This document shows positions 30,230 through 44,639 of a DNA stretch of 64,000 nt, piece by piece. Every line of letters begins with the position of its first letter. The first letter of the stretch is position 1. The DNA lies in NCBI RefSeq assembly GCF_009914755.1, contig NC_060927.1; one strand, given 5' to 3'. Both the position numbers and the translations under genes were made by a program. The notes beneath the pieces were generated by a model, which saw only the letters and a list, made by a program, of their open reading frames with translations, did not search any database and was not told where the DNA came from. The DNA comes from the human T2T-CHM13v2.0 reference genome, Homo sapiens.

Positions 30230-32259
30230 ACTCAGTGTCGTCTCTGGACCCCTCTTTCTCCATCATGGTCCAATCCAGTCACCAAGACTTGTCGGTTCTC
30301 TTAATCTCTTGAATCCCTCCTGCTCTCCTGCTCTCCAGCCCCACCAGCACCTCGGAGGCCGGCCTTTCTCTTCTCATCTGGGTTACTTCTGGAGCCTCCT
30401 CTGGAATAAGGGGAAAATAGTGAAACTCTAGAGAAGGGCGCTCTTTGCAGACCTGGAAAGGTTCTTCCTTGCAAATGAACGGCATGGAGTTACCTCAAAA
30501 CCAGGGAGAGGGAAAACCAATGTACGTGACATGGAAACCAGGGTAAAAAAACTGCCTCAAACCTACCAACAAGTGAAAGGAAAAATCTACAAAACTCAAA
30601 AGCCCGTCTTGGTCATTCTACACAATCTTTATTCTGTGAGAGAAAGCAGTGGCCCCCACTCAGGATATCAAAGACTGAGGTCCCACGTTATCTCCAGGTT
30701 TTACTCAAAGAACTCTGCATATTTGGGTATTATTTTTATCTCTCCCTTTCGTTTATTGTCTCAGGGTAAACACTTGTGATTCATAAATGCCTTAAGAGTG
30801 AATCAGTATTCTCCTGTTCAAACCAATAGAGGCCACATCAAACAATAACCTACAAGGTATTATTAATCATTAAATAGGCATATATATGAGCACTCAGGCA
30901 AGGGAGCCATTTTTCTTCTCTTGTTTGTTTGTTTGAAGGAAATTAACAAAGTACAAACCTTGATTTTGACCTATTCAGAAAAAAAGCATTTTTTTAACCA
31001 TTAAAAACTTAGTTAAATTCAAGGCTAAAAGGGCAAATATTTCACGTGGGAAAGTGCTCCTTCGTTCAGGAGACTTCCTTCAGCCATTAAACTATGGTCT
31101 GGACTTCAAACTGTAGTAGTTACTTTTTCCATAAGCACACACCATCAAAAAATGAACATTCTCAACCATGGCTGGTAGAAGCAAGAGTCCATTGTAGAAT
31201 TTCTATGCCGCGGCCACACCTGGGTGCAAACTGACAGGTGGGCAAGCCCAGAGCACATCTGCTCTACGGAAGAAGAAGAAACCAAGTCATGTCAAATACA
31301 CTGTAAGCACAGGCGTCACGGGACCTCCCTCTCCTTCTCCCTGCCCCTATACACACTAAGGGAGGTCCTCTAGCCTCAAAAATGGGGGTTCCTCCCTCTA
31401 AGGATGGTAGATCAATGGTATCACCCCTCACAGATATGGAGGTGCTAAAACATGAATGATTTTTCAATAATATTTCTTCTCCCTGTCCCTCAGGAAGCAT
31501 CTCTGCTCACACCACGACTGAATGGACACGTGAATCTAGCACATACAGTCGGAGGCCCGCAGAACCGGGATGGTCATGTATCCCAGCCTATGCCAGTTGT
31601 CCCAGCATCAGTGTTACTAGCATTATCTTCCACTCTCAAAAGTGTTCCAGTTTGAACCCTAAATGATATGGTCACCTCCACAGAACTGGAGCAGGGAGGG
31701 TCTTGGGTGTTCATCTTTCCCACCAATCTTATCTCCTACAAGTGAGATGGGTGTCCAGGGAGGATCTGCCCAGGTTTATGCTTTTGATTTCCCCCTCCCT
31801 CTGCAGCCCTTCCCATGCCCTCCTGTCTCCGTGAGGGAGGGAGGACCACCCGCGCATCCTGCACGCCAGGCCCATATTGACGCCTGATGCTTTTGCCTCC
31901 ATTCAGATCTCGTCTTTCTGTGAACCTGAGGCTCATTTCAATTTTTCAAGGCAGGACCACAACAAGCTCTGCATCTGCCTGCACACAAAGCCGAAATCAC
32001 AGTGCTTGGGTGGTGGGGACCCTTTTCCCTGAAAAAGAAGAAGTCAGATCATTTCTTAAGGTCTCTCCCAGCCTTAGAACCTGTGATTCATAAGAAACTG
32101 GCTGAAGCTTTTGGTTTGTCAATATACTCATGAACCAATTTACCAGAGTGGTTGCCATCCATTTCTTTGAAAAAATTAGCACCTTGTGAATTTTCATTAG
32201 ATGAATGAGAGTACCTATCTTACATATCAGAGATGTTTATTATATAGTAATAATAAAGG

Positions 32260-32490
32260 TAGCTAAGAACTTACATTGTATTTACAAAATGCCAGGCACT
32301 GTACTAAGCACATTACATATATTGGTCCTTATAACAATCCTATAAGGTAGGTACAATGAATACCTCCCCATTGAACAGGTAGGTAAATCAAGGTACAGAA
32401 TTGTTATGTCACGCAGCTAGAATGCAAGCAAGTGGAACATGAACTCAGGCAGTCTGGCTCCGGAGTTGGCCTTTTCACCACCCTGCTATC
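32260..32490 (-). mobile_element. MIR SINE
   Basis: TGCCAGGCACTGTACTAAGCAC...CAATCCTATAAGGTAGGTAC...TGAACTCAGGCAGTCTGGCTCC. Confidence 0.7.
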
Positions 32491-33512
32491 CAGTTTCTCC
32501 AAATATCTATGTAAATATATGTTCAGCATTCCTAACCGAAATAATCAGCAGGCCAGTCAAATCTCAGCTGTAAAACACTTGAAGTTCACAGAGCAAGTCA
32601 CTATTTACATCTAGGAGGGCATTTCACCTCCGCTTTATAGACCCCTTTACCGATATCACTCAGCATTGTAAAACAACAGGTGTGTTGAGGTGCTCTGTCA
32701 AAACAGGTGTTTCTGTGTGCTGTGTTTACACTTATTTAACCCAGGGTGTCTGGGCACAATTGCTATTTATTTCTTAGTTATACGGAATCTTCCACAGGGA
32801 GCTCGTATGAAAAGAGGTGTGAGGTGGGAAAAGAGGTGAGCAGCGGCCCTACCTCAGGACCTTTGGCTGGGCTTGTACACTACCCCGGCGACTGCTCACT
32901 GGACTCACCTGTCCCAGGCATCCTCCACACTTTCTTTTCCAGTCTTCCAGAAGGACCAGTGATCTGCCTACTGGCCTTTTTTCCCCTTCCATCTGCTTCC
33001 CAGCAGTGGAACCTGCCTGCTTAAATCTTACTTATTAACTATACATAGATATGGCAGACTGCGATTACAGTAGAATTGTTTGGGAGCTCAGTATCTTGCC
33101 TCTTCCCACGTACCTTACCCTGGGAATTGCTTTGTACTTGCATATTGCCATGTGGTGGTGTGTCTTTAATAACCATCAATAAAGATAGGCCTGGGAAAAC
33201 ACAGACAGCCACAGACTCCTCTAAATTCACCTGACTGCACAGAACAGAGCTGTCTGGAGAGGTATCCCGGCTACCCAGAGGTGGTCACCAGGAGTGGTCA
33301 AAGTAAACCCACCCCCTTTGATTCAGCAGCCAGAGAGAATTTAGAAGAATAGGCTCACCCTCTGAGGGTTCCTTGAATCCAATAAAACCTGTTCTTAAGT
33401 CTGAGTTCATTTATGGATTTATTCTCCAAATATTTGAGAGTGACGGTTCTGTGAAAAGTATTCGCCTAATACCACGAGGTGTTTCATAGCTTCTTTATCA
33501 GAAAAGCAATAG

Positions 33513-33836
<324 letters not shown>

Positions 33837-34774
33837 GGGAAATTTTTATAATATAAGCCTGGGGTGTCACACTCTGCACAGATTAATAGCATTTGAATAG
33901 CAGGCAGGGATGGAAGTAATTGTCAAAATAGGTAGGTAATTTTGCCTTGCATGTAGTAGGTGCTCAAGAATATTTATCGAGTGGAATTAAGTTAAACAGA
34001 CAATTAGAAATTGGATGGTCTTAGCCACTGACTATACTGTCTGTCATCAGTGCAGGTTCACTCAATACAAAGAAAATGAGCTGGGATTCTACCCCTCCAT
34101 CCAGGTGACAGGTGGTGCTAGATGCCGAGTCTAGGTCTGCCCCAGGTGCCAGGGCTTTGAGGGCAGGGAAGGAGATGAATAGCCACCCATAACAAGGAGA
34201 TCAAATACTTGAACTTGAGTACTGGGGTGCTTCCATGACTGTGAGAGCCTATTGAAATAAAGGTCACAGCTGGATACATGTATGATATATGCACAGCGTG
34301 GCAACCTCCTCCAGGAGCCAGCAACATGCTGGGACTTTATTAGGAGACCTCCCATCAGGTAAGGTGAGCCTGGCACACACCAGCACGCTGCAAGAGAACC
34401 CGCTCTCCCTGAGTCCTCTCAGATTTCAACCAAAGCTGGTCTGTGGAAGTCCAAGTCCGCAAAAGGACAGACTCCTTTTCCCTACTAAACATAATGTCAA
34501 TACACCGAGTGAGGCTGAGGGAATCCAAAAATGAGCTCTGTCATGTAGACAGTTGCCCACAGTAGTTAAGGAACTATGGAGATTCATGCTCGGTCCTTTC
34601 TCTGAAGCTCTGAGGATTCAGTGTACTGCCTCACCCTTTGTTCTGAGCCACTGTCCCCCGACCTCCTGCCCTGGACCATCACCCCTAGACTGAGTAGCAG
34701 GGTATGGTCCCCCTAAGTCCGCAGTCCTGGTCATCATCTCCAAACAACCCACAACTTTTCCAGCCTATGGGATT

Positions 34775-34779
34775 ACATA

Positions 34780-34815
<36 letters not shown>

Positions 34816-34962
34816 TAATGTGTATATATATGTGTGTATATATATAAAATGTGTATATATACACACATATAAAAAGTGTGTGTGTGTATATATACATATA
34901 TAATGTGTGTGTATATATACATATATAATGTATGTGTATATATACATACATACATATATATA
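34775..34962. repeat. Compound (TA)n/(CA)n/(TG)n microsatellite
   Basis: ~190 bp of mostly alternating purine-pyrimidine sequence. Confidence 0.92.
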
Positions 34963-34968
34963 AAAAAA

Positions 34969-35419
34969 TTTTTTTTACTTTAATTTCCGGGATACATGTG
35001 CAGAACATGCAGGTTCGTTACACAGGTAGACACGTGCCATGGTGGTTTGCTGCACCTATCAACCCATTATCTAGGTTTTGAGCCTTGCATGTAGTAGGTA
35101 TTTGTCCTATTGCTCTCCCTCCCCTTGCCCCCCACCCCCTGACAGGCCCCAGTGTGTGTGGTTCCCCTCCCTGCATCCATGTGTTCTCATTGTTCAACTC
35201 TCATTTATGAGTGAGAACATTCAGTGTTCGGTTTTCTGTTTCTGTGTTAGTTTGCAGAGAATGATGGTTTCCAGCTTCATCCATGTCCATGCAAAGGACA
35301 TGATCTCAGCACACGTAGGTTTATTGCAGCACTATTCACAACAGCAAAGACTTGGAACCAACCCACGGCCCATCAACGATAGACTGGATAAAGAGAATGT
35401 GGCACATACACACCATGGT
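34969..35419 (-). mobile_element. L1PA 3' end with 5' inversion (twin priming)
   Basis: Minus-strand L1PA 3' end 34969-35308 joined to opposite-orientation L1 segment 35309-35418; TSD AGCCTA(T/C)GGGATT at 34762-74 / 35420-32. Confidence 0.88.
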
Positions 35420-36232
35420 AGCCTACGGGATTGTATGTTACACCTATGGCAATACAAACAGCATGGCACGAACAACTAACTAGTAAAAAGCGATGCAGCT
35501 TCCAGAATTCCACACGGGCCCTCATTCTCAAACCTGGTCTTCTTTTCTGAGATCTTCCCAGAAAGCCTTTCTGCACTAAATGCTGAACTAGGCAGCTCGA
35601 CCCTCCGTGCAGGGACGCCTGGGATCCTACTTCTCTGTGTCATTTCCGGAATCTGCTCAGTCATCCTTTTGCTAAGTGGGACTCCTTTCCCTCATGTCTC
35701 TCCCTTCTGATTTTCCTCCACAAGAAAAGGAACTTCCCTCATTTCCTCTTCCCGCAAAGATGCACCTGTCCTCCGGATTACTGACATTCTTTACCAGATT
35801 GACAGACATCTCTTTTGTCCTCTCTGTTCCAATTTCTGGAAATCTGATTCTTGTCCATGGCTCTCCTTAAGAAAGAAAAGTCAGTTCTCTCCTGGCCTGT
35901 AAGTTCCTTTCTCCACCCTTTCTCTCTAGAGGTACTATTTTCCAGAATTCCTGTCTATCCCATATCCGGAGTCCCCAACAGCCCACAGCCCAGCCAAATG
36001 TCTCCTGCATTGACCACATAAATCCAATCTCTCCCTTCCTGGGATGCCCATCAGAGCCCTTCCAGCCTAGACAATCTAGAACAAATGGCTGTGTATGAGG
36101 ACCAAATGCTATGGTGGACGCGAAAGTGCCTCGTCAACTGTCAAGTAATACCATGTGGGTGACAGGTACCTTAGGAACCTCCCACTCTGTAGAAGAGACC
36201 AGAAGGGCCCAGTCATGCTAGAGCCCATCAGT

Positions 36233-36531
36233 CTTTTTTTTTTTTTTTTGAGACAGAGTCTCACTATGTTGTCCAGGCTGGAGTGCAGTGGTGCAATATC
36301 TCGGCTCACTGCAACCTCTGCCTCCTGGGTTCAAGTGATTCTCATGCCTCAGCCTCTGAGTAGCTGGGACTACAGGCACGTGTCACCATGCCCAGCTATT
36401 TTTTGTATTTTTGGTAGAGATGGGGTTTCACCATGTTGGCCAGGATGGTCTCAAACTCCTGGCCTTAAGTGATCCACCGGCCTCAGCCTCCCAAAGTGCC
36501 GGGATTACAGGCATGAGCAACCATACCCAGT
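36233..36531 (-). mobile_element. Alu (S-type)
   Basis: Poly-T then reverse Alu. Confidence 0.94.
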
Positions 36532-37339
36532 CATATCATCTTGAGCTGCAGCTGCGGCAGCTGCCTGGACCATCTTCTCCTGTTCTCTATGCCTGACATC
36601 TAAAAGTAAAATATATATTTCATTTGCAAACATCATCTCTCAACCACTTGGAAGATCCATTATTTTTCTCACTTCTCCCTCTCCTAAGCGTGAAGCCGGC
36701 CAGCAGCACAGTGTCTTAGTGCTCCAGCCCCTTCTCTGTATTCCTACCATCATGTCTTCTCTGGTCCTGAGATAAAAGCGTAGCACCACCGGAGCATCAG
36801 TTCTGGAGCTAGAACTATTCCCTCTTCCAATCTTCCTTTCAGAGCACAAATCAGGGAAACACATTGGCAATTATAAGAAGAGAGGACATGTGGTTTGGCT
36901 TGGTTTGGTGGACTGAGAGGCAGCCTGCCTATCCTGGACAGATCCTGAAAGAGACTTCCTATGTCCTGGAGCTGAGAAATTAAGATCCCTTCTTTTTCAG
37001 AGAATATAGCGTGATGAGCAAATCTGAGAAAGGAGAATCACAGCACGGCAAACCTGGGACTGTGCTCTGTGACACTACCAAAATCACTCACCAGCAGATG
37101 GCTCAGTGTCTTAGCTATAAAATTCATGTTTGGTGGTAATGTTGGTCACTTGCTGTAGACAATATTTAAAAATGTTTTTCTCCTATAGAGAGATACAGTA
37201 AAGAGAGTTTCTAGACTGGCGGGCAGTTCTGGTTTTGCTACTCCCCCGCTGGGAGGCTGCTTGACCCTGTGCAAGTCGCTTCTTCCTGGGTTCAGTTTCC
37301 CTGTCCATGAAAGGAGTGGGCTGACTCGGTGACCTCTTA

Positions 37340-37720
<381 letters not shown>

Positions 37721-37745
37721 GTATATATATATGTATATGTTGTAT

Positions 37746-38097
<352 letters not shown>

Positions 38098-41000
38098 CTA
38101 AGTTTTACCAAATGGTTTTTCTGGATAGCTCAGTTTTTCTGTTTTTGATTTTTGGAGAAATTTGGTCTGACGTTACCATTTGGGCAGCTTATCAGCAAGG
38201 CAAACACATGCATGCCCTGAGTTTAAAGGGGATGGGCTTCACCCCACATTCCAGAGGCTTCCTGAGGTCCCTGGGCCTGCCCCCATATGCCCCAGCCCCA
38301 GCATGGCTCTGACCCTTTCATGCACAAGGGTACAAGTTAGCATCCCTGTGATCCCTCAGGGATACCCTCCTTCATCCCTGGCCTTGCAGGCTCGCCTCAC
38401 TGAAGCTCTGCTCAGAGGTTAGGAGGTTAGCTGGGAGCACATTTAGAGCCTGCCCACCGCCGCTGCTGTGGCTGGGCCAAACGTGTGATTTAAGCCATTC
38501 CAGGATGCCCCGCCCCCACCCTACTGGGAAAGGCTTTCTTGGCAACCATCCTCTTTCAGAGCCATTAGAAAAGTGCACATTCCCTTGGTTTCACTGGCTC
38601 CAAGCGAGTGTTGGGGGGTGGGGGGAGTATTACAGGCTGCCGTTAGCCAATGTTGAAAGCTTCTGTTTTCCACCCCCACCTCCAGTTTGCAGTGCAAGGT
38701 CCTAGCTTGGCCAGGAATCAACCAGGCATTTTGTTCAGAAGTAGCAACTCATTTTTATCAAAGATGGAATGCAGTTGCAGTTGTTTCTAATGCCTCTGCA
38801 TGACAACCAGGGCTCTTGCTCCAAGCACTCCCGACTCCTCTTTTCCCCGCAGACACTTTGCTTTCTCACCTATCCCTTTCTACATCCAAAAATTGGATGC
38901 AGAGCTGCTCAAGTGCCTCAGAATTCAGGAGTCAAAAGTTGTAGCAATTCAAAGTAGCTTTATTGTGTCTATTTTAAATGCAGGCTTTGGTGATCACAAC
39001 TCTATAAACCCAACCGAAAATTACCCAAGGACCACAGCAGTTGGTGTGGTGAAAACAGCTCCCAGCTGGCTTCTGCCCACCCTACACCCCCCACACACCC
39101 CCAGCCTTATGCTGCTGTGGGCAGCTGAGCAAGTCCCTTCCCTCCCTGGGGCTTAGAGTACCCACTAGTAAGCAGAGACTCCAGATCAGCTTTCCTTAAC
39201 CTTTTTTGATTGCAAAGAGCTTTGCGATTCTGCTGAAAGCTGTGGACCCTCTTCTCAGGAGAAAGAAAACGTGATGCATCCATTTATGCATTTGGAAAAT
39301 ATTTATTAAGCTCCTGTTAAATATGCACATACAGACACACGTTGAAATTCCATTTCAGGGGCTTTATAGGTAAAAAAAAAAAAATCCTGGTTATGAATTC
39401 TGCGATCAGCACATACAGACTGCTATCTAGAAAGACTATGATACTGATTCTAGTAGAGGGTTCTCAAGCTACCAGTCAGCACATGCCAGAGAACGGGGGC
39501 AGCAAGGTGGTCATTACAAAGGTGACCTCTAGTTGCCCCCCCCTTCCCAGCACCCCCACCTGGCACGCGCCCCAGCAAACATGCATGCACAGCCGGCCTG
39601 GAATGTGCTGTTTCTGGGCACTGGGACTGCTGGAAGCTGGCTGCAGCCCTGGAGAGATGACAAACATGTCTTTTCTATCCTGGGCTTTATTTTTCTCACG
39701 GTCCCTGAAAGGGCTGTGATCAGGTGATATGTGTGGGACTGCTCCCTGTACAGGTGCAGAGCAGGTACCGAGGGGAGGAGAAAATCCACCGTGTGTGTAC
39801 TTACTCAAAGCTCGTTCAATAGCCCTCCCAGGATAGCTCTTGGCAGGGCAGCTACCACGTCTCTGGCAGGCTGGAGGGAATCTGAGTGTGAGAAAGTCAG
39901 TCATGCGGAGGAAAAGGGAAAAAAAAAAGCTTCAAGTCCTCAGGCAAAATACCTTTTTTCTTCTTCTCTTGCTCTCTCCTTTCTGTAGCTTTAAACCAAA
40001 CCCACAAACCACTCTGATACCTAGGGGACAAAGGGGAGTTTCACTAGAGATGCAGTTATTTGTTTTATGGTTTGAAAGCAAACAGGTGATGCGGTAAGAC
40101 AGAGAAGTCGCCCTTCCGGGGCGGGGGTGGGGGGACGCTGTGGGTGGAGACAAGTGCGGGAGCCCCTGGTTGTATGTATTGGGCATGACACGGTGAGAAC
40201 GATTCAGAACGATGCTGGTGTCACAGGGGGATCAAAGAAGTGACCTCCACTGATGAACTGGGCTCCATTTTCTCTTTGCTTTGGGAGTCGGGGGAAAAGG
40301 ATGACTGAAAAATAAAGGCTGTTTCTATCTATCTAAGAGCATTCTTCCAGATGCAGATGCTTCTTCCTGAGTTTAGGAGCTTACTGTCCCATTTGAGAAG
40401 GGGTGGGGAGAGGACAACGTTGGTCCTATTTTCACTGCCTAGCATAAGGAAACTGAAAAGTCATCTGTGAGCCCATCTGCAAGAAACTCTTCTTGAATGG
40501 TTAGAGTGGAAAGCCAGAGAGTTCCTGGAATTTATTTTTATTTATTATTTATTTATTTTTGGTCCAGACACAAATTCATAATTTTTTTTGTTACTTGAGC
40601 CTCTGTCCCCCTATCTAAAAACGTGTGTGTGAAAGTTACTTGCCCATTCCACCAGTCCAAGCACTCCCAAAGTGGCAATAAACGAGTTGCTGATTAACTA
40701 TTTGACCCACGAGGCTGCTTTAGCCCCTTCAGTGAGACCCTAACTTGACCATATTCCATTCCCCATGCACCTTCAGGGCACCAAATAAGAGTGGGGAACA
40801 GAATCAGATGAAAAAGTCTCTTAGAATGGGCAGGGAGTGGCATAACCCAGTAGTTAATGAGGGCCGACCAGCAGACAGCAGTCAATGTCATGGCAGAGCC
40901 TGGCAGAGCCTAGCAGAGCAGGCACTGGTTCTGAAAGATTTGGGGGGAACCTGGAAAGGGTTAACATGCTTCCCCGGGAAGGGTTTAGTTCCTCAGAAGA

Positions 41001-41679
41001 ATCTGGGTCAGTGTATTTGGGAAGTTTTTAAAAAGTCAGACGCTCAGTAGAAGCATTTTAAGAAGCTTGCAAAGCTTATTGGGGCCATGGCAGAAAGGAG
41101 GGTAACTTCATAGGCTCATCACCTTTCACCAAGAGGATTTTCACCACACAGGAAAACCCTACGTTTTCCAAAAGCAACAGACAATTTTCTGTCATCACCA
41201 CTTTTCCATCTGTTTAAAATAAGAAAGAAAATTCCTTCCCCTTTGGCCCAGGTTGCAGGTCAACAAAGGAGGCATTGTTCATCATTTCTTCAGAACATGA
41301 CAGGGCACAGCTCACTCTGCAGTGTAAGAAAACATTTTTTAAAAAAAATCTCAGAGTAGCCTTAGGGGCAACAGTGAGTAAACCAAAGCCTTCGATGAGG
41401 GAAATGTTTGGTTGCAGACTGGAGGACTATCCTGGAAGGTGGAAATGAGGCTTAGGTTAATACGGTCAGAGCCATGATTCCTTAGTTAGACTCAGGAATT
41501 AAATCTGAGTTCCTGAGTTCCTGGTTGGGGGTTGGGAACACTGCATTAAAGGGTAGGCAGGTTTGAGTTGAACTCAGTTCCCAAGAGCGTGCGGTCAATG
41601 TCCAGAGGAGCTGGATGTAGACAGATGCCTCTGGGAGTCAGTCTGCACCTGCCTCCTAGGAACCTTCTTCACTGGCTTG

Positions 41680-42290
41680 AACTGCCTAACTGCCCTTTCT
41701 GCCTCCAAGCCCTGCAATCCACTCTCCCACTTTTGCCAGAGCCATCTTTCTAAAGGGAAACCCTGATGCCTCTTCTTTGCTCAAGAATGTTTCATGGCTC
41801 TCCACTGTCTAAAGATAAGGTCCAAAGTCCTTCAGCAAGATGTTTAAGGAGCTTGTGACATGGCCTCAAGCTGCCTCTTCCAGTCCCTCACATTCCCTAG
41901 GCTCCAGACCATGTTCCCTGAATAAAGTCTTCAAGTTCCAGGATCTTGGCCTTTAATACCATGGGTACCTGCATCCTCTCCAGCCCACGACTAAGCACAT
42001 TCCCAATGCCCCAATCCTACCTATTTTTCAAGGTACACAGGCCAATCCCTCCAGGAAGTTTTCCAAGGTACCCCAACTTAAAAGTAACTTAATTCTCCTG
42101 AAACTCCATAGCATTTTACCTCTATCCAGACATACGTCTCTCTTGAACCTACGACTTCCCAGAGGAATTTACTGGGCCATCCGTAGATGTCAGCTGTACA
42201 CGTTTATATGTATCTCTAGACTGTTAGCTTCCAGAGAGCAATAACGGTCTTACTCACTGCTGTAAACCCAGGTAGACCAGCAATACTGTT
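41680..42290 (+). mobile_element. L2 LINE fragment
   Basis: CTCCCACTTTTGCCAGAGCCATCTTTCTAAA...TGCTCAAGAATGTTTCATGGCTCTCCACTG...CTAGACTGTTAGCTTCCAGAGAGCA, typical L2 3' signature. Confidence 0.6.
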
Positions 42291-42659
42291 ATCCATACAA
42301 GTATGGTTTCATATTTTGTTTCTGTCCTCCTGATCTCTCAAGCCACCACCTAACTCAGAAAAGAAAGGAAAAATAAAGGAATGTCCAGTCATCAATCAGA
42401 AAATCAGCGTCTGTCTGCCCCCGCAGTTTACTGTCAACTTCTAGCAGGCCGCCACTGTATCTCTCACCGTGGAAATCCCAGGGTTTAACACAGTGTCTGA
42501 CACTGCGCGTGTGTTCCACAATGAAAGAGAGAGGGGGGCTTGCCCAAGGTCACCCAGAGTCAGGAACCACTGAATCTCATCCGGGACGAGATCTGGCGAA
42601 ATCATTGACAACGTTATCTCAGTGGGGAGCTGGGAGGCCGGAAGGAATGAAGTGTCTGA

Positions 42660-43950
42660 GAACCGTGCGCCAGGCCTCCGGGACGCGGGAAGGGCTGAGG
42701 GGGCGGGAGGCCACATCAAACAAGACGCTGGGCTCCCGGGCTGCCCGGAGCCGCGAGCCGAGCTCCCAGGCGGCGGGAAGGGCGGAGGGGGGGTGGGGGC
42801 ACGGGGGCCGGCGACCCGGGCAGGCGGGAGGGAGGCGGAGGAGGCGGCCGGCCGGCCCAGGCAGTGCGCGCCGCCCGCCCGGCTCGGCAAATCCCCCAGG
42901 GAGGCCGCCGCCAGAGCCCTGGCGCTCCCGGCCCGGCGCCCGCCACGTGGCACCCGGCGGCGGCGGCGGCGACTCCTCCCGGCGCGCGGCCCGGCCAGCA
43001 GGCAGCACGCAGCCGCCCGCGCCGCCCGCCTCCTCCCGGGCGCCCGCCGGCGGCCTCCCGGGCGTAGTGAGGGGGAGCGGCCCGGCCGCCCGGGACCCGG
43101 GGAAGGGGCGGGCGGCGCGAAGCCGCTTTAACCGCAGTCGCCGAGCGGAGGCAGGAGGCTGACCCGGCCGCTTCCTAAGTGCGGTCAGGCATCCCGTGAC
43201 CGCGGCGGGCGCCCAGGGCCCCGCGGGGAGAGGGCGGGGGCGAGGAGCAAACTTGGAGGCCCCCACCTCGCCCCCGGGCTGTTGCGAATGCGGCTTTCGG
43301 CCGAGTGAAAACCCCAAGCCCGAAAGTGAGGGTGGGGAGGCGGGGGTTGGAAGAATTCCCCACTCTCCACCCCGGGTGTGCGCTCCCCGCCGGGAAGAGC
43401 TGACCTTGGCCTGGGGAGGCGGGGGTGGGGAGAGAGGGTAAGCGCCGGGGCTCGGCTCCCAGCCCGCCGCCCCCTCGGATTCCTGGCCCGGCGGGGCCGG
43501 AGGAGGGGGCCCCGGACACACACACACACACACCCCCCACACGCAGCGCGCGCCAATGAGCCCGGGCCAGGCGCAGGGGGCGGGGTTTTCCCAGGCTCGA
43601 GCACAGCAGCTGCTATTTACCTTCTTGGCTTCTCCCGGGGACCAGGAACCGGCCCCCGCTCTCCGCCGCCCGTCGCCGCCCCCCGCCTCCCTGCCCCCGG
43701 GGCGCGCGCACACACACTCACTCACACACGCACGCACACACACATCCTCCCGGCCCGGCCGCAGCCGCGGCGGCAATAAAACATCCTGGCACGTGCTCCG
43801 GCTCCAGGCGCGCCCACGCCGGCCGGCTGATGTCAAACTGCAGCTCGGCTGGTGTAGCTCTTAAAGGGCCCGCGGGCGCCGGGGGCCGAGGCCGCCCGCG
43901 GGGCGAGGAGGGAGAGGCTGCTTCCTTGCCCGCCACCTCAACGCGCCGCA
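42660..43950. promoter_or_regulatory. Upstream CpG island
   Basis: Very GC-rich with dense CpG, GC boxes (GGGGCGGG), E-boxes CACGTG at 42944 and 43790, CCAAT at 43553. Confidence 0.9.
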
Positions 43951-44639
43951 GAACCTAAAGCCTACGGATGAAAAGGGAAAGGGTGGTGAAGGAGGGCGCG
44001 AGTCCCTGAGTCATTGCCCTCGGAGCCCCCCTTGTTCATTTTTTCATTTGAAATACCGTTTCCTTCCACCCAGTTGGAAATTATTCTGATTGTTTCCTGG
44101 GGAAGCCCGGGGTCTAAGGCCCCAAATCCAAACGAGGAATTTCTGAAAGACGGGGTGGGGGTGGGATTCAAGAACTACCTTGCTCCGAAAAACCTGCATT
44201 TGTGAGGTAGAAGGCAATTTTTCCTTTTTCTGCATGGAAACAGGAAAATTTTTTTGGCCCTTTTCCTTTACCATCTACTTTCACCCTCCTGAATGTAAAG
44301 TCTGAGCGGGAACTTTAGATGTGTCGGTAACTCACATTCTTACACCCGTCCCCCCCTCCCCCCGCCCCCTTTTAACCACTGCTGTTTTTTTCTTTATTGT
44401 TTATACCTTTAAAAAAAATATGTTTCAAATGAACTTACTACAGTCAAAGCAGCTCTGTTACATATGAGAGAGGGCATAAAGAGCAAAGACCCTGGCTCCA
44501 AAAGAAATAGACAAGATCAAGACCAAAGCGGAAAGAAAAAAAAAATCTCTAAACCAAAGCCCAGAGGGAGAGTAGCAAAGGGTTAAAATCCTTTTGATTG
44601 ACGTTGTAGCCTCCGGTGCCCTGGGCTCAGGCGCGCGCC

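Noticed and set aside
33103-33126. TTCCCACG and CCTGGGAA as a second paired RBPJ site
   Set aside because: Wrong orientation (tail-to-tail) and 8-bp spacing; an SPS needs head-to-head sites 15-17 bp apart.
42441-43936. Long overlapping ORFs (405, 217, 170, 169 aa) on both strands
   Set aside because: CpG-island artefact: stop-poor GC DNA giving Pro/Gly/Ala/Arg low-complexity peptides in several frames, with no recognisable domain.
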